Shown in pieces: positions 1-13,413 of a DNA stretch of 64,000 bases. The notes beneath the pieces are model-generated. The model was not told the DNA's origin and did not search any database. It saw only the letters and a program-made list of their open reading frames with translations. Source of the stretch: Nageia nagi (taxonomy: Eukaryota; Plantae; Pinophyta); the NCBI GenBank assembly GCA_050084985.1, contig JBITNC010000001.1:67704001-67768000 (forward strand), written 5' to 3'. How positions within the stretch are numbered: position 1 is the first letter of the stretch; the number at the start of each line of letters is the position of its first letter. A program made the position numbers and the translations under genes.

Positions 1-399
1 TGAGATCTTTATTTTCAAGATGCACTCTCTTACAACAACTCTTCCTACTTCTCATGACAATCCTAAAGCATAGCAATACTACAAACTTGAGTGAGTAATC
101 TCAAGGAGGGATCCCTTTATTTATAGGCCAAAATCCTCACTTCGATCACTCTTTTAACCATTATACAAAGTCATGACATGCAACACCCTTTTACCTAAGG
201 GGCATGTCCATGAGATGGAGTGCAAGATAAATTACATTATTTTATTCATAAATACTTAGAAGGTATCTAGGGATACTTTTAAGTATTAATGAATTTACAT
301 TACCTTATTCACTAAATACTTAAGGTATATAGGGTACCGTTAAGTATTAAGTGAATTTACATCAAGAGACCTTACAATAATGCATTATACATTCTAATA
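1..399 (-). repeat. 3' LTR of the old Copia (partial, runs off window)
   Basis: Colinear with 15620-16018; ends ...attctaata (CA decayed to TA) and is followed by the PPT-like ttcccactt at ~400-408. Confidence 0.9.
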
Positions 400-1139
400 T
401 TCCCACTTAATGCATTATTAGGATAGAGTAGAGAGAAGAAAGAGAGAGTAAGAGAGAGTTTTCCTCCATAGAGATACAATCAAAGATGAGAGCATTTACA
501 TCTTTGAGAAATAAATAAGATCTTAGATTGAGGCTCATTACAATACCATTTGATAAAATAGTTTACAATATAATCATTAACCATAACTATTTTCACTATA
601 CAAAGTAGTTATTCAACACAAGTTGACACGATGAGCCTCCATGAGCCTACCCATTTGAAGCAGGTAACCTGCATTCTTAAGAAGAAACCTACAAGCTACA
701 AGTAGCTCATAAACAAGATCAGTCAGATGCATCATATAAACATTCATATCAAAATAAGATAAATAAAATTAATTAATGCCACCCATAAAATGATAAATGG
801 TGCACTATAAGTCATCATAAAGATGCCAAGCCAATACTCATAGTCACCAACTATATACTATGGTGCCTGCATAATATACCCCAAGATGTAGCATCTTGGG
901 GACCCAATTTTTGTGACAATAATGAGCAACATTACCTGGTCATGATCAACTTATGATCTAAAATGACCAAATGATCAAATAATGCATGAGCATGCCCTAG
1001 AGTCATGCAAAGAGTTCATCTCAATTAGTGGCCAAGTCAGGGCCCGGTTTCAAGTGACACCTCATAGGATGGAGTTTTGGATCATGACAACAACTAGATA
1101 GTGGAGTTTTGAACAAATGGCCACCAGGGAGGAAAAGGC

Positions 1140-1640
1140 ATCATTTTGGCAAGTTTTAACAATAAAGATACCAATACGAACAAAGGTGCATTTTTTGTCA
1201 AGTTTGAGCCTAGGAGTAGTCAATACAATTAAGATGATGAAAATGCACATTTTTGTACAAATTAAGCCTGAAAGGGGCATCTACAGCCAAATGGCACATT
1301 TTTGTCAATTTTAAGCTCGAAGAGTTAGAAAATAGTCAATAGCACAAAAAAGCTCATTTTGGTCAATTTTGAGCCCAAGAATGGTCGGTATAGTAAAAAT
1401 GTGCATTTTTGCACAATTTGAGCTTGAAAAGCTTGAAAATGACCAAAATTGCAAATTTGAGCTCAAAGTGCTAAAAAATGCCTAAAAATGCTAGAAATGG
1501 TCATTATCTTGAGTCTAAAAAGGCCAAAAATGTAGATTTTGAGTTGAAAATGCAAAAAATAATCATTTTTTCACCGTTTGAGCCAAAAATATTTGAAATG
1601 TCAGAGATGATCAAAATGCATCTTAGAGCTTAAAATGTTG
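1140..1640. repeat. Degenerate ~50-58-bp tandem repeats
   Basis: Recurring cattttt(g)tcaa(t/g)tttgagc core near 1188, 1246, 1295, 1353 and 1403. Confidence 0.55.
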
Positions 1641-1981
1641 AAAATGCCAAAAGCTCTTTTGGGCGTAAAAGATGAGAGATCAAAATGTGAAGTATAGTAA
1701 AATGAATAAGGAAAGCAAGTTTGAGTGCCTTAAAAAAAATGAGATTTTGGATCGAAAATCAAAAAAATGAGTTTTTCAGTATCTTGAGATCAAAAAGAAT
1801 TTGAAAATGTAGAGAGAAAAGCATATTGAGCCAAAGTGAAATGGCAAAAAATGTATGGGTGAGATGAGAAGATTAGATGTGCAAAGTAAGCTCAAAATAA
1901 AAAAAAATTAGTGACCCTTGAAAAATCAATAAGAATTTTGATAAAAGTAGAGTGAGAGAGATGGATTTTAGAGACGAGAAT

Positions 1982-2194
<213 letters not shown>

Positions 2195-3530
2195 ATGTGG
2201 TGCCAAATGAAAAATTAAGGCCACTCTACTCTTGAAAATATCAAAAAAACTTAAGTTTTGACCCTTGAAAAATTAGGGGGGAGTTTTACAAGTTTTCCCT
2301 CACTTAGTCTAATTTTGTAAAATGGCTTATTTATTCTCTTCAAAACTTGTGCCTACCTTTTGGGAGGCCTGGATTGATTTGAAATGATAATTTTTGAGCT
2401 AAGAAGCATGGAGATAATGATTCTACATCAAATTGGTCTTTCAAGTTGATGATTTTGATGAGTTTTTCTTCACCAAAAGTGAGAAAAATGGAAAATGAGC
2501 AAAAAGACAGTCATTAGGAATGCTCCAAATTTTTTAAAATTTTAAAATAAAAATCTAAGGAAGAGGTAGGGTGCCAAATCTAATTTTAGGCACTTTCCCT
2601 CTTGAAATTTTTGAAAAATATCAAAAAATGCCCCTAAAAAAGCTAGGCACTGGTTTTGCTCTTTTTCCCTCAACTTATCAAATTAGCCTAAAACCTTCAA
2701 AACTTATGCCTACCCTTTTTGTGCCCCAAAATTACTAAAAATTGAAAATTTTGATCTTCATGGGGTATAGGATGGGATTTCACATAGTATTGATGATTTT
2801 AGTTTTCCAAAAAAATGAGATCTACTTTTTCAAATCATCAAAATTTGATTGGCCAATGAGAGAGCTCCAAATTTTTTAAAATTAGCCAAATAAAAAAAAG
2901 AGAATGAGGTAGTGTGCAAAATTTAAATGAGATCAACATTGACTCTTGCAATGTTGCAAAAATATCAACTTTTCCCCCTCAAAAACCTAAGCAACAGTTT
3001 TGCCTCTTTTCACCCATTTTCCAAAATCTCCAAAACATGCCTAATTCCTCAAAACCAATTCCTAGCTTGCAAGCCCCCATTTTTGCTCAAAAATAAAAAA
3101 ATATTGCTCCTAGGAGCATGGGAAATCCAATTTTGCACATCATTCATGTTTTAATTTTTTTTGAAAAAAATGAATATACTCCCTCGAAATGACAAAATTT
3201 GGATTAGCCAATGGGAGAGCTTGAAAATTTTCCAAGTTTTTCAAAATTCTCAAAATCAAAATTCGAAAGAAAGATAGGGTGTCAAATTCCAAGGAGATCA
3301 ACATTGCCTCTTATAATGTTGAAAAAAAATCAAGTTTAAATCAATCATTTTTTGGGAGTTTTCCATCATTTGCTCAAAATTCCAATCATGCCTAAAACTC
3401 CTAAAACTTGTGCCTAGCCTCCTTGACCCCTAAAATTGTCCAAATTTACATTTTTTTCCTCTATGAGATAGATGGTGTGATTTTACACCATTTTGACCTA
3501 TCATTTATGCAATTTGGCCCACACAAACTC
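2195..3530. repeat. About four diverged tandem copies of a ~355-bp unit
   Basis: Anchors recur with ~355-bp spacing: gtgccaaat-like at ~2200/2571/2914/3279 and aaacttgtgcctacc-like at ~2342/2700/3058/3403. Confidence 0.7.
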
Positions 3531-4686
3531 CCAAAAACCACTTTTTGCATTAAAAAAGGATTCAAGGGTTAAAAACTCAAGAAATTTGGATAGTTTTGCA
3601 AAAAAATCTCAAAATTTGAAATCCAAATATGAATTATGTAGGTTGAAGAGCATACAAAGGCCATCATGTTTTCTTCCAATACCCCCCACATTGCATCAAA
3701 TCTACTCCTTCCACACTTAAGCATAGGTTTTTCCATTTTTCCATGTTTCCCCATTTTTCCCAACATTTGCAAGGAGGAGGAAAAGTCCAAAATGCAAGCT
3801 TTTACTCTAGGGTTGATAAGAGGTTAACGTGTGGCATCTTTTTGACCCCTTAAGCCTATATATACAGCCATACCCCCTCCATTTTTCACTACTCTCATTT
3901 GTGCACCCTTATGCTACCCAAATTTTTGAGAATTTGAGAGCAAAGTGAAAAATAAAGCCAACATTCATCCTTGAAGGATATTTTTGAAGACTTGACACCA
4001 TTTCCATTCATACAAACTCCATTAAAATTCAAAATCCAAGCATCCTCCATTCACATAAACTCCATTTTTTTAAGTTTTTGTTCAAACACTTGTAAATTTT
4101 GTTTTTTTTTCTAGATTTCAAGTTTGATCACTTTTTTGGATGCCCTTTATCCATGTGATCAACTTTTATTTTCAACAAAAAAACAAAAAAAAATACATAT
4201 GATCCAAGATTTGAGTGCTCAAAATCCTCAATTCTTGACAAAAAATTCAAAAAAATCCAATCTTTTTCCATAAAATCCAAAAATTATTTTTGAAGTTTAT
4301 TTTGGGCATTTGATAGTCTAAAAGACCTTCCTCACTCATTCCCCATCCATATAAGGTGTTAAAACTTGATTTCGGCACCATTTGCCAATTTCACCACTTT
4401 TTCTTGTTGAAAAAGTCAACTTTTTAAGAAAAATTTGAAAATTCTCCAAACATCCTAATTTTTTGCCAAGCCACCCCCCTTTGAGCTAGTTACCTTTGTA
4501 TCACCCCTAACTCACCCAAAAGGCCTTAAAAATTACAAATTATGACACTTGTCGATGATAGCACACTTAGAGTGAAAAATGCCAAAAAATTTAAATTTTT
4601 CAAAAATATCCTTTTGCTTGCCTATAAAGTGCCATAAGCTTCCCAAGAATCTTCTAACTCTTGTTTTTCTCTTAGATAGGGATACA

Positions 4687-7600
4687 ATGGTGTTAGTCAC
4701 TCATAACATCAAAGACAAGAAGCAAAGAAGGCTCATAATGGACAATCTCATCATACTTGAACATACAACAAAGCCAGTGATGCCTGTCGCAAGAATCATT
4801 AACCAACCGAGTGAGATCAAAGACACATATTGTAACTTCTTTGATCCAATAAAAACTCTAATAAAGATATAAGCATTGGATCTAGCTTCACTAGTGAAGG
4901 ACACTTGGAAAACATCCTTGCTAGTAATAACTTTTATGGTGCCATTTTCCACCAACTTCCCTAAGTTATGCTATGAGATAGCAAAGCATTATGACATCAA
5001 AAAGTGGAGACTCCTCAATAGAAGGAATAAAGTAATCATGTACTTCTTTGAGTAAGCAATAAAGGATATGTTTGCTTGGAAAAATGAATGCCTATCATAC
5101 AATGTACAAGACTCCTTGAGGTTCTACAAAAGTCTAAAACCTCCAGTTGATTTGATTAGAGATTGGTTTACTGATGACATCAAGTATCTCACAGGAAGAG
5201 CCTTAGCAACACCAAATAGAGGAGAGTTCTATCCAACAGTCTCTAGACTAATATTAATGCTTTCCAAAGTGATTGGATAGAAAGATAACACCAAATTTCA
5301 ATTGAAATTCATAAGATTTATAGAGCTAATTAGCAATGGTAAAGGCATAAAGTGGAGCAAAGTAGTTAGTGACTCCTTGGCTCAACAACAAAAAAATCCA
5401 AAGGAGTAAAAAATTCTATATGAAATCCTATCTGGTTTACCTACTCCTTCATGGTAGGGAGAGGGTAACCTCAATCACTAATACCCAGTATCTTTATGAC
5501 CCCACATGTCCAGTGTGGAAAAAATACCCATGATTTTTTGCTCATAACAAATGGAACAATGGAAACTATAAGATGATGATCGATAATTTTGAAGGAAAAA
5601 TTTATGAAGAGATCATGGGCAAAGCTAATGTACTCAAAATATCTAATGAGGTTGCTATTGCTATTAAGGTACATGCAAACTTCCTTGTATAAGACATAGA
5701 ATTCACCTACCTTAGGGTTTAATGCTCCAAAGAAGCCCCTTATAAGCTACCCCATTATATAAGTTATTACATCATCCTCATGGAATTTTCAAGACACTTG
5801 CTAAATGTGCATGATAAGGTATAACTAAATAAGGTGATAATCACTTATCAATTATCTATCATCATCAAGAATTATGAATGCACCACTTGGAGATAGATTG
5901 ACATGACTAAACAAGAGCTAGCATTATATGAATTCTTGATCGAAGTAACTATAGATCATTATGATCATGATGGAGTGATAAATGCATTTTTCCAAAATAC
6001 ATGGAGCTCATCATATCCACACTAGTCCCTTAGTAGTATTAAGAGGTATAGGAACATTTAGGATACCCTATAGGTTCAATAGATTCATAGAGAGTTGAAG
6101 AAAGAACAAAAATAGCAAGAAGCTAAAGAAGTTGCTAGGTTAAGAACTAATGCATAGGTCACTATACCCTCAAGCCATGGGTATGTTATCCCCATAATAT
6201 CACCTTTAGTAAGCCTAGCTCAAGGATAGAATAAGCAGCATGCTACCAATAGCATCCTTAAACAAATCATTGAAACAACTATCATGGGTACTAGGAATGA
6301 AATCCTAGACCTCAAAAGAGTAGGCTTGATATCTCAATCATTCAAACACTTGCAAAAAAAGATAAATCTCTTACAAGATTTGAATTAGAGTGGTATGTGC
6401 CTGAATCAAAAACCTAGCATATCATTATTTAGTTCTAATAAATATAGACTGAGTGGCTTGTTAGAGTTTGATTAAGAAATGGATCTTGCTGCAGTCATCA
6501 ACATGCACATGGAGATAAATCAAGATATTACCTTTGATAGAGTTGACACTTATCATTTAGTAGAGATCCTTAATGAGAGAAATATCTTAATTGATATTAT
6601 GGTACAATAAGCAACAAGAATAGGCACACCAAAATCTGCTCCTCAAAAAATGCATCACAAATGCCACCATCTCGGAGGACTATGACAACATCAACACAAA
6701 AGGGTACTTCAAGACCTAGAAAAATGACATCATATTCAAGGGGAGATAATGGAAATTAATAGGATGAGGGAGAAAATGAAGAACAAAGGAGAAAAAGAAG
6801 ATAAGTAGAGCATGAAATCGAGATCATCAAAGATAGAGAGATGGTTTCCTATAGAAAATAATCCATGGAACCCTATTTAAATATGGGTGCAATGATGGCT
6901 AATTTAAACTCAAATCACCCTTACAAAGGAGAAGATTATAAAGATAAAAATGAGGAACTTTAGCAGATTGATACTCTCACCACCACTGTAGGTAAAATCA
7001 CCTATAAGGATAAGCTCTACTCTAGAAAAAACAAGGTTGGTACTGAAATGTTTTCCCTCATAGTTGAAATAGAAGAGGCCCCTATAGAGATTGTTGGCCC
7101 ATTGGGAATGGAGCACAACATCATCATAAATGCACAAGCATTGAGGGAATTTGGTACCTTATTAAAGTTAGATATCTGGGAGATGAAGAAGAAAGTGGAG
7201 AGTTAAGAAATTATCAATAAAGATGTTAAGGCTACTAATTTGACAATTGAAGATATCAAAAAGTAGGTTGACTTAAATAGTGGAATCATCGCTCTAAAGC
7301 AAGGATGGACCAAGGACCTTATTAAGGCTATCAAAGCACTCCACTCAAGAATGGTAAATTTTTATATTGAGGAGAAGGGGTCACATTCCCAAGTAGAGAA
7401 AATAGACCAGTTGATCATGAAATGGAAGAGTGGGTACCCTACAATGTTCAACCTATGGAGAAAGGTAACCCATCATCTTTTTGTACTAGATTTTTGTATA
7501 GATTAGTTCCAATTGTATGATTATCTTTTCTATATCAAAGCCAAGTCCACCAAATTTATATACACAAAAACTCAACTCAAATCTATCATCAATGAATAGG

Positions 7601-7900
7601 AAAGGAATACAAATTCCAAATACCCTTATTTAAGGAAAATGTAGCATTAAGGATTATATGATATGATGACAATGATCCATGCCACTATTGCAGAGCAACT
7701 ATGTCTTAAAGATCCACACAAACTAAAGATAGAAAGATGAATGATAGGAGGGATGAGATTGGTCGATTGGTGCAAGGAAATGGTCAAAACCAATAAGACC
7801 ATCTTGGAGCACCTGTTATCAAATGACGGAGCCCTCTAGATAATCCATCACACCATCATGAATATAGAAGCATTCATGGGAGATGACTTTGAAGCGAAAA
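4687..7900 (+). pseudogene. Decayed large TE-associated accessory ORF (~1000 codons) of unknown function
   Basis: ATG at 4687 after a polypyrimidine/AG acceptor; colinear fragments MVLVTHNIKDKKQRR..., NFPKLCYEIAKHYD, MFAWKNEC...RLILMLSKVIG, IKWSKVVSDSLAQQ, FYMKSYLVYLLL and a charged C-terminal half; many stops and frameshifts; 3' end approximate. Confidence 0.65.
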
Positions 7901-9579
7901 TCACCACAAACATGCAAGTCACCTTTCCATAATTGCCAAAATAGAAAGGGGCCTATTTTGGTAAGTTTTTTATATGTAAGCCAAATATTTAGCCAACTTA
8001 GTGGATTTTCACTAAGTCCAACTATAATTTGATTAGCATTTTCAATTAGCTTGTAAATAGTTGTTAGTGTTACAATTACGGTTAGGATTTTGAAACTCCT
8101 TTCTAGGGTTTCAAAAGTCACTTTTAGGGTTTCCAAAACTCTATAAGTAAGAGACCAAGGGTCTTATTTTTATAATGAATTCATTCTAAATCAAACACTT
8201 CTTTTCATGAAGAAAGTATATTTTAAGAATTAAGAGCTTATTGTAAATCTTGGCATCTTCTTTTTCAAAATCTAATACAAAATGGTCAATGTAAAGAATT
8301 GAGTTTGACACTTTTCATATTGATGTTATAGATTGATTCTTTGAGGTCACTCATATTTGGTTTATGTTCTTTTATTTTATTCCTTTGAAATCTCTCAAGC
8401 TTTAAGGAAGTTATCTCTAAAAAAAATTTAAAAAGTGCTTGAAGCTTACCTATTTTTGTTGCTTGATCCTTAACACGCAAGTTGATTGGGTATTCTATGT
8501 TAGTTTCTACTTTAATGACATCTTATTAGGTCCTTTATCCAAAACTATGATCCATTCACTTTGAACTTCCCATCTCCATTCAATTGAATTTATCTTATTC
8601 GTAGAGAACTAATAATTGGTGTTCCTCCCCGCTTCTCTTTGAAGCAATTCAAATGTTGAGTTGTTTGCTTGCAAGGTTGGATAAATTAGATGAAGGTCCT
8701 TAACTAATTTGAAAGATATTAACTCTTAAACACTTTCCTATTAATGAACCTCAGCTTCATATCCAACTAAGTATCCTTTCTTTCTCCAAAGTGTTGTCCT
8801 TCACCTTTTATAGTATTACCTTTATGCTTTTTTAATGCTTTCATTACCCAAATATGACTGTTAAGTCCACACACAAAAGTTTTGAATAAACTTTGTACAT
8901 CAAAGAATAAAACATCATTGGTTAATAGAATACATACCTCTCATTCCATTCGATTGAGGTTGATTCCAAAGAGGGATACCACACTTTCTTTTTATTTATC
9001 TATCCTTAGGCCAAAAACAAGCTTGATGGACACACCTTAAACGTTGTGATGTTAGGTCATTGAGTAAGTGTTTTGACAAGAGCCTTGGAGGTACACAATC
9101 CTTTTAAATCAAGAGAATTGGTAATGCATTCCCAACTATGTTGCTTGTGATCTCCTAAGTTTTGCATGTGATATTCAGAGTGTACCATGCTAGAAAGAAA
9201 AGCATCCCAACATATACAAATATGTGTTGATCATCATAACAAAAGTAGAGCATAAAAACATATGAGTTTCTCACATATGGATAATAAAACAATGCCAAAA
9301 TTTACATACTAATTTCTCACATATTGATAACTAAAATATTGCTAGCAAAAATCATAATGTACCACTAGTTCCTCATATAGAATGAACTAACCACTAAGGT
9401 ATACATCATCTGCTCAAAAAATATAACACTAGTTCTTCACATAGAGTAAACTAACCATAAAGGTGTATATAAAGATCAACACTATACAACCAAAAAATCC
9501 TCCTAGGGATGAAGTTGTCATCACAAACATGAATTCAAGAAGAATTCAACCTCCACTCCCCTTGAGGAAAACTTCACCA

Positions 9580-12500
9580 ACCTAATAAATTACCTAATCT
9601 TGCAAAATTGGGCTTGAGGAAGGGGTTTGGTGAATAAATTAGCAGAGTTTAGGATTTATGGATAATACTATAATTGAAGGATACCATCTAGAATATTCTC
9701 CTTGATAAAATAGGCTTAAATTTCTACATAATTTATTCTTTGATGGAAAATAGGGTTCTTTTCCAAAGCAATAGTTGATAGATTATTTAAAGAAATTTGA
9801 TATGGGTGAGATTGCTCATACCTAATTTCTTTTAGAATATGCATCAACCAAATATTTTATTGGGTTACGATTGATATGGCTTGATATTCTACCTCTATGG
9901 TGGAGAGAGCAGTAGTAGGCTACTTCTTGGAAGCCCAAGAGATAACACCTGAATCAATGCTAAACACATAAGAAAAAGTTTATTTTATATCATATTTATC
10001 TCTTCTATAGTTAGGAATCTAAGAATATTAAGAGAACAACTAAGGGAAAAATAAAATACTTGAGAGCAAGATCTTTAGTTCCTACAACATATCTTAAGGT
10101 TTGCTTAACAACATTGAGATGCTCAACATACATTTTTTTGCATAAATTATACCATTATATTTATTCAAAGGTAATATCTAACATGGAGATAGTCACATAA
10201 ATAAGACTACCAATTAATTACATGTAAATATAGCATTAGCCAACTAAAAGTTGGAGCTAAGAGCCAAAGTGATTCTAGGAGAGATTGGCATAGTCGTAGG
10301 TTTGCATTCCTCCATTCTAAACTTTTGTAATATATCTAAGATATACTTAGATTGACTAAGATAAGTATAATCCTTGTATTGGTACACTTGTATATTAAGG
10401 TAGTAGTTTAAGAGACCAAATTCAATCATTTCAAAAATGACTTTAAATTTGGATATGCACTCTTTGATGATTTCAACATTATTTCATGTTGGCAAAAGAT
10501 CATTGACATATAGAAGAATCAAGACTACATTTTTTCTATGACTGAGCACATATAGATTAGTATCAAAGAAGCACTTAGATAATCCTATATCTTCAAAATA
10601 TCTTAAAATGTTTTTGTACCAAGATCTAGGTGCTTTCTTAAGTCCATACAAGGACTTCTTTAACTTGCACATAAAACCCTTCTAGTTGGTTCTTGTAGAT
10701 CTTCATATTTAAGTCACCATTGAGAAAAGCACTCTTGATATCAAGTTGAAACAATTTTCATCTCTAAGCTGCTAAAAGAGCAAGGATTAATCTGACAGTA
10801 GGCATCTTTGCCACTAAAGTAAAAGTTTCTTCATAATCAACTCTATATTTCTGAGCAAAACCTTTGGCTATTAGCCTTGCCTTGTATTTCTCAATTTCTT
10901 CAACTAAATTATATTTTACCTTATAGATCCACTTGTTACCTATCACATTCCTCTCATTGGGATAAGAAATTAAATCTCAAGTTTGATTTTTCATTAGAGC
11001 CTCATACTCCATTTTCATTACTTCCCATCCAACACTCATGTTTCAAAGTTTCTTTAAATGATGAAGGCTTATTCTTGTTATCAATTTTGGAAAATAAGGA
11101 TTTGTTTAAGATCATACTCCTTGTTATCCTTTTTGTTGTATAAATTTACTCTTAGGGTGACTTATCTACATCGATATCCATCTAGTTAGGTGCAATAAGA
11201 GAGTCCTTAAAATAATTTAGATCCTCATAAGATGCAGATTCCTCAAAATGTTCATTAAACTTTACATCAACCCTTGAGATAAACATTGCTTTGAAGGAAG
11301 AAGAGTAGAGCCTATAGCCTCTATGTTGATTTTTATAATGCAAAAAGATATATTTTTTAGATCTCTTATCTATATTCTTTCTTTCCTTAGAAAAAATAAA
11401 GGAATAAGCATCACAACAAAAAACTTTAAAGTGAAAGATGTTAGTTTGCTTTTCTGTCCATACCTCATATGAAGTTTTACCTTTAACTTCTTTCATAGGA
11501 CACCTATATGGGGTATAGATCAGAATGATTAGAAATTCACCTCATAAGAAGCTAAGAGGATTTTCCAACATACACCTCATTATTTTTTAAATGGTCCTAT
11601 TCTTTTTTTTTGCAACACCATTCTACTAAGGGATGTAAGAGATCGTAAACTATCTCTTGATCTTGTATTTAGCACAATAGTTATTAAACTCATTACTATT
11701 ATACTCACCCCCATTATTAGGTCTTAACATCTTGATTTTGAAGTTAGATTGATTTTTAATCAAGACTTTAAAATCTTTGAACTTATCAAAGTTTTGATTC
11801 TCTTGCTCTAAAAAATAACTAAATATCATCCTATTCAATTCATTGATGAAATTCAAGACATAAGATGCTCCTATAAGCGATTTAGTTGGAAATAGACCTA
11901 TCAAATTTGAATGCACAAGCTAAAGAGGTTGTGTTGCCCTAGTTATCTTATCTTTCTCAAATTTTTACTTATTCATTTTACCTAAGATGTACTTTTCACA
12001 AAGGCCAATTATGGATGATATCATAAAAAAACCTTCCACAAGTTCTTGAACTTTCATAACTTGAATACTCTTATGGTTAAGATGGCCTAATCAATGGTGC
12101 CAAATATTTCCCTTAGAACAAATATTTTTAGCAAAGCAAATCTTTGTTGGAGCTTGATCCATAATGTAGAGATCATATTTCATTGATCCTTTAACCAAAG
12201 TGATAAGTCCCTTCTTAATGCACCAGTAGTGTGAGTTGAACTCCAAAGAGTATCCTTTCCTAGCAACTTGAATTACGCAAGAAGATTCATAATGAGCTTA
12301 GGCACATAGAACATACTTTCAAGAATATTTTCTTGCAATAATACACTCATAATACCCTAAAATTTAAGGACTAAACTATCACTTATCACAACTGCATTTT
12401 TCTTATACTTATGAAAATTTTTAAACTTAGCATTTTCAAAAAATATGTGATTAATGCACCTAAAATTAATAATCCAATCATTTGAGAAGCTATGAGACTT

Positions 12501-13413
12501 GGAGTAAAAAGCAAAAATATGAGAAAAATTCTTATTTTTCTTCTTTCCATTAAAGTTATTTAATTTTTCATATCTTTTGTCTCCTTGTTCTTTCTTTTTA
12601 TTGTAGCAATCAAATTCCCTATGACCATAGATGCCACAAAAATTATAGATTCAATTAAACTTAGCTTTAGATTTTCTTGACTTTTTGTACCTATTATTTT
12701 GTTTATTTTCACCTGTCTTGAAATCCCTTTTTGAAGCATGGGAAGATTTCTTTTGGTTATTGATTTTTTTTTAAGTGAGTCTTCATTGGTCCTAGTACCA
12801 CATAATGCTCTTTAGGAGAGGGAATCAATAACTTTTTGTTAAGTATTTTTTCATATTTCAAGAGAAATCTTGAAATATTTTTCAAGGAGAACATATCTTC
12901 TTCATCATTGAACCTCATCTTGATAATAGTCATGAAGTGGCTAAATTTAGTAGAGAGGTTTTAAAGGATGATGAACACCATAAACTCGTTGTTGATCCAA
13001 TTGCAACCACATCCCACAAGTTGGATTTCAAGGTCAATAATCTTATTTTAAGTATATAGCTACACTTTTATTTCCTCTTGACATGATTGTAATAATTTAT
13101 GGAGAATGGTGAACCTTCTAGAGAATTTGATGCCAAGGTAGATTTTCTTCAACCTATTCCAAGCTTCCTTTGCAGAGTTTGAAGAAGATACCATGAGAAA
13201 GATTTCATCTGAAATTACTTGAAAAATCATAAAAGTTTCTAACTTATTATTTTTATTGTAAACCTCAAGTGCCTTCTTATTTGTTGAAGCAACTTGGTTT
13301 TTATTTATGATTTACCATAGTTTCTATGTTTGGAGCTCTACATTCATCCTAGGTTCCCAAATACCATAGTTAGAATCGTCTAAGATGTGCTTAGGTGAAA
13401 AGGAGTCTCCCAT
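9580..13413 (-). pseudogene. Degenerate Copia gag-pol polyprotein
   Basis: Start MGDSFSPKHILDDSNYGIWEPRM at 13413; decayed CCHC (FCGIYGHREFDC, ~12600-12645); integrase (LRPNNGGEY; 11182-11916); RT (KWIYKVK...[36 protein letters not shown]); RNase H end (ANLFTKPL); many stops. Confidence 0.92.
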
